From positions 61,893 to 125,892 of the forward strand of contig CACYPY010000001.1 in NCBI GenBank assembly GCA_902776415.1: a stretch of 64,000 nt of DNA, read 5' to 3'. This document shows positions 56,439 through 64,000 of the stretch, in pieces. The stretch's first letter is position 1; every line of letters starts with the position of its first letter. Source of the stretch: an uncultured Ruminobacter sp. (lineage in GTDB: Bacteria > Pseudomonadota > Gammaproteobacteria > Enterobacterales > Succinivibrionaceae). The notes beneath the pieces were generated by a model. The model searched no databases. It was not told where the DNA came from and worked only from the letters and a program-made list of their open reading frames with translations. The position numbers and the translations under genes were made by a program.

Positions 56439-57609
56439 GACTGCTGTCTCCAGAATTTCCGGGAAAACCGGCACTGATTATACTGATTATACGGAACTCC
56501 TGCAGGCAGTGTCCCGGAAATCCCGGGAAATCGGTCTGATTCCCCTGGGGTTTACCACGGCGGATCAGGCTCCCCGGGGAGAGAAGTCCTTTGAGGAACA
56601 CCTCAGGGCCGGAATTCCCTCCGGCGTTTCATATCTCGGCAGAAATCAGGAGGTGCGCAACAATCCCGGCCTGATTTTGCCGGACTGCGGAATAATCATG
56701 AGCTTTGCCCTGCCATACTTCCAGGATCCGTCCCGCTCCGCCCCGGACACCGGGCGTATCAGCATTTATGCGCTGGGAAGGGATTACCACCGGGTTCTCA
56801 GACAGAAGCTTAACACTATCGGAGCCTTCCTTAAAGAACGGATACCGGAAATTCAAACCCGGTCCATTACTGACAGCGCCCCGTTCTATGAACAGTTCTT
56901 TGCCGAACTCACGGAAACAGCGGTGCGGGGCAGGAACAATCTGATCCGGGTGTGCGGGGGCGGCTCCTGGATTTTTCTGGGCGAACTTCTGACAAGCCTG
57001 AAGGCGAAAGTGCCGGGAAGCTTTCCTTTCGAAAGTCATTCCCGGGAATCCTGTCCGCCCCCTTGTCCCGAAGGGTGTTTAAAATGCCGTCTCGGCTGTC
57101 CTGGAAAGGCCTTTGTTCCTGAAGGCTTCAAAATCGAAAGATGCCTTTCCTATCTTACCATTGAAAACCCTGGAGAAATCCCCGGCGAGATGATAGCAGC
57201 ACTCGGAAACCGCATCTACGGCTGCGACGAATGCCAGCTATCCTGTCCTGAAAACAGGAAACTTCTCCGGTCCTCCTGCGGTGATGCGAAATTCGTCCCG
57301 GCCCCTGATTTTAAAAACCGCTACTCCGAAGATTTTCTTAAACTTGCACAGCTTCTGAAACTCACCGAGGAGGAGTTTTCGGAAACTTTTGCCGGGAGCC
57401 CGATTCGCCGGATAGGCTATCAGGCCTTTATGAGAAATGTATTCGCCGCCTGCGCCAATGCCCCAGGGGATCCGGCACTTCTTACAGGGCTCAGAGCCCG
57501 CCTCGGTTCCGCAGCCTACCCCCGCACCCTGGAACTGGCCATTCGGGCACAATCGGAAAAGATCGGAAAGCACTGCCACGAAATTTCCGACTCTGAAAAA
57601 ATTCTGTAA
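56437..57609 (+). CDS. queG: Epoxyqueuosine reductase
   Basis: ISIYALGRDYH, GSWIFLGEL, two Fe-S Cys motifs, CLSYLTIE, IYGCDECQ and GSPIRRIG; divergent from nnr. Confidence 0.92.
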   Translation: MTAVSRISGKTGTDYTDYTELLQAVSRKSREIGLIPLGFTTADQAPRGEKSFEEHLRAGIPSGVSYLGRNQEVRNNPGLILPDCGIIMSFALPYFQDPSRSAPDTGRISIYALGRDYHRVLRQKLNTIGAFLKERIPEIQTRSITDSAPFYEQFFAELTETAVRGRNNLIRVCGGGSWIFLGELLTSLKAKVPGSFPFESHSRESCPPPCPEGCLKCRLGCPGKAFVPEGFKIERCLSYLTIENPGEIPGEMIAALGNRIYGCDECQLSCPENRKLLRSSCGDAKFVPAPDFKNRYSEDFLKLAQLLKLTEEEFSETFAGSPIRRIGYQAFMRNVFAACANAPGDPALLTGLRARLGSAAYPRTLELAIRAQSEKIGKHCHEISDSEKIL

Positions 57610-57787
57610 CTCCGGCCTCATCCGGTTCCGGACGGAATTAAAAAACGAATTTTGCTCACAATTTAAAATAGTAAATGCCGGATTTTAAAGATAAAAGGAT
57701 TAACTCAAATCTCAAAAAATTATAATAGCTTAGACACAACCCTGACCGCCGGTCAGGGCACAGCTCAGGATTAACGGAGGAAATGCG

Positions 57788-58660
57788 ATGATTGCACTGG
57801 GAGTAGACATTGGAGGCTCCGGTATCAAGGGAGCCGTGGTAAACACTGAAACCGGGGAGCTTCTGTCAGAAAAAATCCGTCTCGCCACTCCCCAGCCGGC
57901 GACTCCGGAAGCCGTGGCCGGAACTCTCAGGGAACTGGCCTCAAAGTTCAGCGATTACGAAGCCATTGGTTGCGGATTTCCCGCCACGGTACACCATGGA
58001 ATCGCCTTTACCGCCGCCAATATCGACCAGACATGGATCAACACCCCGGTGGAAAAGCTCTTTACCGAAACCCTGGGCCGTCCGGTATTTGTGCTCAATG
58101 ATGCCGATGCCGCCGGCATTGCGGAAATGACATTCGGAATCGGAAAAGAACAAAAAAACGGCATCGTCATGATGATTACCGTTGGAACCGGCCTCGGATC
58201 GGCGATTTTCGTGAACGGCGTTCTGATGCCAAACACCGAGCTCGGTCATCTTATTCTCTCGGACGATATCGCCGAACACTACTGCTCCGATGCTGCAAGA
58301 CAGCGGGAGGATTTGGGCTGGAACAAATGGGGAAAACGATTCAACCGCTATCTCCAGAGACTGCAGTTCCTGTTCAACCCGGATCTTATTATCCTGGGAG
58401 GAGGAGCCTCGAAAAGCTTCGTCAAGTATCAGGAAAAAATCCGTGTCAGAACCCCGGTGGTCCCGGCCCGGACTCTGAACCTGGCCGGAATTATCGGTGC
58501 TGCGGTTTATGCGGCCGGACAGTCCCAGGCCGGACTGGCCCCCAATATTGAAGGTGCCGAGGAATATATTAAAAAGATGCTGGAAGCTGAAGCCAGGCAC
58601 GACCGGAAGGAACACAAAAAGCTGAGCGGAAGCCTGAAAAGCGAAGCTGACGACGACTGA
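57788..58660 (+). CDS. ppgK: Polyphosphate/ATP glucokinase (ROK family)
   Basis: GVDIGGSGIKGA, TPQPATP, AANID..W, NDADAAG, GTGLGSA, PNTELGH and IILGGG motifs; SD GGAGG. Confidence 0.85.
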   Translation: MIALGVDIGGSGIKGAVVNTETGELLSEKIRLATPQPATPEAVAGTLRELASKFSDYEAIGCGFPATVHHGIAFTAANIDQTWINTPVEKLFTETLGRPVFVLNDADAAGIAEMTFGIGKEQKNGIVMMITVGTGLGSAIFVNGVLMPNTELGHLILSDDIAEHYCSDAARQREDLGWNKWGKRFNRYLQRLQFLFNPDLIILGGGASKSFVKYQEKIRVRTPVVPARTLNLAGIIGAAVYAAGQSQAGLAPNIEGAEEYIKKMLEAEARHDRKEHKKLSGSLKSEADDD

Positions 58661-58742
58661 CCGCCCGCGAAGGGCAAAACGAGACGGTTTGCCCCGCTTC
58701 TCGCGCGGCGGCTGTTTCATTCAAACAGCAGGTGACAAATCT

Positions 58743-59144
58743 ATGGCTACAATCGAAGAAGTCCACAATTATTACGAAAAGCTGGTTCGGGACTATATAA
58801 ATGCCCTGGAGCTCGCCCAGACCCGGGATACTGACTACCTTACCGATCTGTTCTGCATGACGCTGAACCGGCTACCCGCACTTTATGTACGCTACGATGT
58901 GGACATGCTCTACTTCACTTCCGACGAAAAGCGACAGGAAATGGACGATATGGTTATCCGGGCAGTTACCGATTCCATTGCCTGGCTTGATGAGGCCGAC
59001 CACAAAAGGGACGAATACGACAAGAAGGGTGAGGAGGTGGCCGTCGTCAGAAAAATCCAGCGTGAAACCTACGAGCCTCTGGGACAGCAGACCGTGGCCA
59101 ATCTTCTGGCAAGCGAGGAAGCCCTGGCCATTCAGGATGAGTAG
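58743..59144 (+). CDS. ComFB (late competence development) family protein
   Basis: VHNYYEKLV...DLFCMTLNRLPALYVR matches the ComFB pattern N..E......D..C..LN.LP..Y. Confidence 0.78.
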   Translation: MATIEEVHNYYEKLVRDYINALELAQTRDTDYLTDLFCMTLNRLPALYVRYDVDMLYFTSDEKRQEMDDMVIRAVTDSIAWLDEADHKRDEYDKKGEEVAVVRKIQRETYEPLGQQTVANLLASEEALAIQDE

Positions 59145-59201
59145 CGTCTTTCCCGGCAAGGGAGCGAGGCGGTGCCCGGTGCCGGCTCGGGCATCACCGC
59201 T

Positions 59202-60980
59202 CTACCTGAAGTCCGCATAGGGAATCCCGAGTCCGCCGTTCCACAGAATGCTTTCCCCGCTGTTCTCAGTGACCGGTTCCATGGCTCTGACTATCAGACT
59301 GATTTTGCCGCTGTTGCTGTTGCTGCTAATCTGAAAGCAGTATACCGCCCGCACCCTGGTAATGCTCTGGTTGGGCCAGAACCGCTCATCGTAGTAGAAA
59401 TAAAAAGCCGGAAAGCTGCGGCCATCCGCAAGAGAGAGCCGGAACCTCAGATGCTGTTTCATCACTGTCTGGCGGCTCATGAAGAACACCCCGTCAAACA
59501 CCGGATTCGGAAAGCCCTCCCCCCATGGCTGATCATAAACCAGGGTACGTACAAAGCTGGGGATAAAATAGGATCCCGGAAGCTCGCCGTCACTCTCGAT
59601 GGTCTCCTCGGATACCGCGGTTGTCATAAACCCCCGCACCAGCTCCGCAAACCTGTCCCGAAATGCCGAAATCCCGTCCCGGCACATGGTAAGCCCCGCG
59701 GCCCTGGCATGTCCGCCGCACTGGAGCACCACCCCGGGAAGCAGTCCGGAAATTCTTTCCAGTGCCCCGTGCATGCTGAAATTGTCCACAGAACGGCAGG
59801 ACCCCACAACGGTGTTTTCCTGGAGACCGTCAGCCAGAACAATCACCGGAACCCGGTAACGATCCTTGAGCCGGGCTGCAATGATTCCAGAAATTCCGGA
59901 ATGAAAATCCGGGCTGTAAATTACAATTCCTCCGGAAACGTCCCGTCCCGGAATCTTCCGGATAAGCTCCTCGGCGGCCGCCATCATCTCGGATTCCATT
60001 TCCCGGCGCCGGATGTTGAAATTAAAAAGAATGCTGGCATCTCTTCTGGCAGTGTCGGCATCCCGGGCGGCCAAACATTCCACCCCGTAGCTCATATCGT
60101 CAATTCTCCCCGCGGCATTCAGCTTCGGCCCCAGGGAAAAGGAAATATCGGAACTGGTGATTTTCACTGCGGATACCCCGGAAACCCGGATAAGTTCGTC
60201 AATGCCGCAGGTAGTATTATGCTTTCTGATAAGCCCGATTCCGTACTGCACCATTACCCGGTTGTTGTAGTCCAGGGGAACCACATCCGATACAGTCCCC
60301 AGCGCCACCAGATCAAGATAGTCCTGCATCCTGGGCTCGGGAATTCCCTGATTCCGGAACCAGCCCTTTTCTCTGAGAAAGGAACGCACCTGGGTCAGCA
60401 CGTAAAAGATCACCCCCACACCGGCGATATTTTTGGAACGGAAGGGACAGTCCTTTCTCTTGGGATCCACCACCGCATCGGCATCCGGAAGCTGCTCCCC
60501 CGGAATATGGTGGTCGGTAACCACCACTTTGATCCCCAGTTCCCGGGCCCGGGACACCGCTTCCAGTGCAGAAATTCCGTTATCCACGGTAACAATGAGA
60601 CCAACACCGTCCGCCGCTGCCTTCTCGGCCATGCCTGAACTTAAGCCATAGCCGTCATTCTGTCTTCTGGGAACGTAAAAATCAGCCTCTCCGAATTTAA
60701 GATCCTGAAAAAACCTCATAGCCAGGGCGGTGGCGGTGGCTCCGTCCACATCGTAATCCCCGATAATCCGTATCCTGGTCCGTTCCATTACCGCCATGCC
60801 TATGATCTCCCTGGCCCGATCCATGTCCCTGAAATCCGGCAGGAGAAGATTACGGAGGGAATATGAAAGCTCGCCGGTATTCCTGATACCGCGCTTCCAG
60901 AATAATTCCGTAAGCACCGGATCCAGCTTCCATTCCGGCAGAGGACCGAATTTTGCAGCATCGCGACGTAGGATTTTCAT
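59202..60980 (-). CDS. recJ: ssDNA exonuclease RecJ
   Basis: GDYDVDG, TVDNG, TDHH, LGTVSDVVPL, NAAGR, GSCRS, GGH..AAG and PWGEGFP motifs. Confidence 0.93.
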   Translation of the reverse strand: MKILRRDAAKFGPLPEWKLDPVLTELFWKRGIRNTGELSYSLRNLLLPDFRDMDRAREIIGMAVMERTRIRIIGDYDVDGATATALAMRFFQDLKFGEADFYVPRRQNDGYGLSSGMAEKAAADGVGLIVTVDNGISALEAVSRARELGIKVVVTDHHIPGEQLPDADAVVDPKRKDCPFRSKNIAGVGVIFYVLTQVRSFLREKGWFRNQGIPEPRMQDYLDLVALGTVSDVVPLDYNNRVMVQYGIGLIRKHNTTCGIDELIRVSGVSAVKITSSDISFSLGPKLNAAGRIDDMSYGVECLAARDADTARRDASILFNFNIRRREMESEMMAAAEELIRKIPGRDVSGGIVIYSPDFHSGISGIIAARLKDRYRVPVIVLADGLQENTVVGSCRSVDNFSMHGALERISGLLPGVVLQCGGHARAAGLTMCRDGISAFRDRFAELVRGFMTTAVSEETIESDGELPGSYFIPSFVRTLVYDQPWGEGFPNPVFDGVFFMSRQTVMKQHLRFRLSLADGRSFPAFYFYYDERFWPNQSITRVRAVYCFQISSNSNSGKISLIVRAMEPVTENSGESILWNGGLGIPYADFR

Positions 60981-61080
60981 AACACGGACCCGGAACTCCC
61001 TTAACCATACACAAAAAAAGCGGTCCGGAAAACACCGGCCGAACCCCCGATCCGTTTTCCGCGGCCATGCCCATTATTTT

Positions 61081-61119
61081 ACAGATCTTTAAATGACACA
61101 TTCCACAGATCTTTAAATG
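61081..61119. repeat. 15-bp direct repeat ACAGATCTTTAAATG x2
   Basis: Exact copies at 61081-61095 and 61105-61119. Confidence 0.85.
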
Positions 61120-61246
61120 CCCCGCGCCGGTATTCCGGTCAAAGGAACGCAATTTTTACAATTAATCTGCTTCTCGCTCTGTTCAGAACCGTCAATTTTT
61201 ATTATTATATGACCTGCCTCACAATTTTAACTATCAGACCTGTCTC

Positions 61247-62680
61247 ATGCATCCTAACATCAACTATCGCACCCTTCTGATTATGCTGCCCGTAGCCATG
61301 GTCACACTGTGTGATGCCTCCGGGGTGTATACATTTAATCCGGCCGACACCCGCCTGCTTTCAAATTCAAGTCTGATAACGCTTACCTTTGCTTTGGCCT
61401 GCTCCCTCATATACGAACAGGATAACAAAGTCTGGAGACTCTTCGGCTGTGCCATTTCCTATGTTACCGCCTTTGAAATCATAAAGGCCTGCGGCACTCA
61501 GTCGGTATCTCCGGGGATTGTGGCGGCGTTTCTGTCGCCGTTTGCAGCCTCGGTACCGTCTCCGGCAGGTTCCGGAACCCCTTCCCTGGGGGAAATCATG
61601 CTCAATTATATTCTGGCCGGCTTTTTTGTACTCATCTTCACCCTGGTGCTGACATTTCCGGTATGGGCGATTCTCAATTATGCCATATCCGGCATCAGAT
61701 ATGCCCTGTTCTCCGTTACATCTTCGGACTTCTTCAGCTTTATCTACGGAACGCTGTGCCAGACTGCACAGGCCTTCGGTTCCGGAGACAGGATTCTGGA
61801 AATAGTCGCCGCATCTCCGGTATTCCGAAGCAGCAACGGCATCTACACGGGAACCTTGCTCTGTTTTTTCAGCGTGCTGTCCGGGATTTTCGGAGCAGTG
61901 GCCCTGTGGGAAGGGGGGCAGCGCAAATATTTTTCCTCCCTCCTGTTTCTTCTTGCTTTGAGCAGCGGCAGTACCGGAATGAGCATCGCTTTGCTCATGA
62001 TAACCATGATATGGCTCTACCCATCCCTTTTTGCACTTTATCTTGGCATTTGCACCATCATTTATCTGGTTACCTGCAATGTAAAATTCGATGTCTCCGT
62101 GAATCCGGAGACTTTCTACCATCCGGACATTGCGTTTTCCGACATTATGGTTTCCGACCCCTCTTTTGTCATTACCGGTATAGCGGTATTCAGCGCCTCC
62201 ATGGCTTTGGCATACATGGTCATCGAGCTCCAGGGAACCTATGCCGAAGCCATGAGCCGGGGCATGTCTGCCATCAGGGCCGTCAGCATAGAGTTGCGAA
62301 ACAAGTCAGTCTATCGGGAGGAAAGCGTAAGATCGCTGGAGCTTCTCAAACTCATGGGAGGCTTCAACAACGTCATCTGGGTGGGGGAGGCTACCGACAA
62401 ATTTCTGGAACTGAAGATTGTCACCGCAAACATGGTTAACACAGGATCACTTTCCCTTATCGGATGCAAAATGAAGCTGGACAGCGAAACCATGCTGTGT
62501 CAGATTGAAATGGAAAAGAACGCCGAAATAATCAGAAAGCAGCTTCTGATATATGCAGACGCCCTGAACATTGATGTCCAGACAGAATACCGGGAAATCA
62601 GGCCCTACACCCTGGAGGACAGTAAGTTCAAATCATTTTTCAGCACTCAGGAGGAAGTCTATGCCCTGGATACAAATTAA
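61247..62680 (+). CDS. Polytopic membrane protein, degenerate PTS EIICB-like
   Basis: About 9-10 hydrophobic segments and N-terminal MLPVA. The C-terminal [13 protein letters not shown] resembles EIIB LGG..NI, but there is no catalytic Cys. Confidence 0.55.
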   Translation: MHPNINYRTLLIMLPVAMVTLCDASGVYTFNPADTRLLSNSSLITLTFALACSLIYEQDNKVWRLFGCAISYVTAFEIIKACGTQSVSPGIVAAFLSPFAASVPSPAGSGTPSLGEIMLNYILAGFFVLIFTLVLTFPVWAILNYAISGIRYALFSVTSSDFFSFIYGTLCQTAQAFGSGDRILEIVAASPVFRSSNGIYTGTLLCFFSVLSGIFGAVALWEGGQRKYFSSLLFLLALSSGSTGMSIALLMITMIWLYPSLFALYLGICTIIYLVTCNVKFDVSVNPETFYHPDIAFSDIMVSDPSFVITGIAVFSASMALAYMVIELQGTYAEAMSRGMSAIRAVSIELRNKSVYREESVRSLELLKLMGGFNNVIWVGEATDKFLELKIVTANMVNTGSLSLIGCKMKLDSETMLCQIEMEKNAEIIRKQLLIYADALNIDVQTEYREIRPYTLEDSKFKSFFSTQEEVYALDTN

Positions 62681-63536
62681 AATCGGAACAGTCAGCAAAA
62701 AGGCAAAAAAAATAAGTGGCATGCTCTCGGGTTTCGGAGCTGCCAGCGTAACATACACTGATACCGAAGACGCTCCGGTATACGAGCCGCTTCCCGGAGA
62801 AACCAGGCTTTGGGAAAACACCACCGTAACCGGTCTGTTCGAGGCGGACACCGATCCGGAACCGATTATTAAATTCTTCAGGGATCACTTCCACAACGAA
62901 ATCACCTGCAAGGCCGAGCAGCTGGAAGACAAAGACTGGGTCCGGGAATGGATGAATCAGTTCCATCCACTGAAATGCGGAACAAGACTCTGGATCTGCC
63001 CCAGCTGGTGCGAGGTTCCGGAGCCTGATGCCGTCAATGTCATGCTGGATCCGGGGCTGGCATTCGGCACCGGTACCCATCCCACCACCTTCATGTGTCT
63101 GAACTGGCTGGACAGCCTTAATCTTGAAAACAAAAAGGTCATTGATTTCGGGTGCGGTTCCGGCATTCTGGCGGTCAGCGCCCTGAAACTCGGAGCTCCG
63201 GAAGCCACAGGCATCGACATTGATCCCCAGGCTCTCACCGCCAGCAGAGACAACGCGGAAAGAAACGGCGTTTCGGATAAGCTCAGCCTTTATCTTCCTG
63301 AGGATACCCCCAAAGGAATCAAAGCGGATGTCCTCGTAGCCAATATTCTGGCAGGACCGCTCAGGGAACTGGCTCCGACCATTTCAGAGATGGTGACTCC
63401 CGGAGGTAGTTTTGCGCTGTCAGGAATTATCGCCTCCCAGTGTGCGGAAATCCGGGAAATCTACGCCAAATGGTTCCGGCTTGACGAACCGGTATTCCGG
63501 GAGGAGTGGTGCCTGGTGAGCGGGGTGAGGTTGTAA
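62661..63536 (+). CDS. prmA: Ribosomal protein L11 methyltransferase
   Basis: [40 protein letters not shown] and VANILA motifs. Confidence 0.96.
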   Translation: MPWIQIKIGTVSKKAKKISGMLSGFGAASVTYTDTEDAPVYEPLPGETRLWENTTVTGLFEADTDPEPIIKFFRDHFHNEITCKAEQLEDKDWVREWMNQFHPLKCGTRLWICPSWCEVPEPDAVNVMLDPGLAFGTGTHPTTFMCLNWLDSLNLENKKVIDFGCGSGILAVSALKLGAPEATGIDIDPQALTASRDNAERNGVSDKLSLYLPEDTPKGIKADVLVANILAGPLRELAPTISEMVTPGGSFALSGIIASQCAEIREIYAKWFRLDEPVFREEWCLVSGVRL

Positions 63537-64000
63537 TTTCAGGGGCGGAATAACAACCAAAAATCCCGGCATCGGAAATTACAAAGATGTCCGGGACTGA
63601 TTTATGATATCTGTTGTTTGCAGTACAAATACGGCTCCGGTAAAACTCTATCAGGAATGGTTCATTTTTGAGCACGGCCATAACGAAAAGCGGCCACATT
63701 TTCAAAAATAAAGCTCGTCATGGATAACCCCCGTAGCCTGCTCTTCTTGTGGCCTTAATCTTCCTCCAGGTTCCAAACCTCATATCTTTTCTGCACATGA
63801 CAGAGTAAGGGGGAATGAGAAAAAACTTCAACCATTAACAGGAATTGCAGGCGGCATTCCTCTTCGGTCCATATCTTTCAATCCTTCAAACTTTCCAGGA
63901 ACTGCCTGATACCGTCTATATCGTACTGGTTAAAAAACATCCGCCCTGCAAAATTTCCGAGAACCAAATTAACAGCATTCTATCTGAAAGATTTCTCAGG

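Noticed and set aside
56436-56439. Head-to-head overlap of the nnr and queG start codons in CATG
   Set aside because: Real, but a closely abutting divergent queG/nnr arrangement is also known in E. coli, so it is not novel.

Overview
This window is mostly core chromosome of a Gammaproteobacterium. Gene order and protein style suggest an Aeromonadales/Succinivibrionaceae-like organism, but that is inference only. It holds about 50 housekeeping CDS, including dacB, alaA, yfbR, deaD, leuB/C/D, hup, purH/D, mepM, rlmD, dnaG, apaH, folA, obgE, rpmA, rplU, ispB, purA, the nnr-tsaE-amiB-mutL-miaA-hfq-hflXKC superoperon, queG, ppgK, recJ and prmA, plus one tRNA-Ile2(CAT). I saw no CRISPR array, prophage, integrase or intact IS. 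The main findings are as follows. (1) Two full-length, diverged sigma-70 (RpoD) genes lie in tandem after dnaG, separated by a hairpin. The upstream copy is altered at core-binding residues and shows RpoS-like substitutions. The downstream, more canonical copy has its own lac-like promoter with a near-consensus CRP box centred at -61.5. (2) A beta-CASP/CPSF-type nuclease with four tandem degenerate KH-like C-terminal repeats sits next to the 3' end of rlmD. (3) hflX apparently starts at an AUU codon. (4) Nnr has an in-frame deletion in its dehydratase domain. (5) A degenerate PTS EIICB lacks the phospho-Cys, and an HD-GYP protein has a pseudo-receiver domain. (6) A decayed antitoxin gene retains its operator. 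All family assignments are from motif recognition by eye; no database searches were run.
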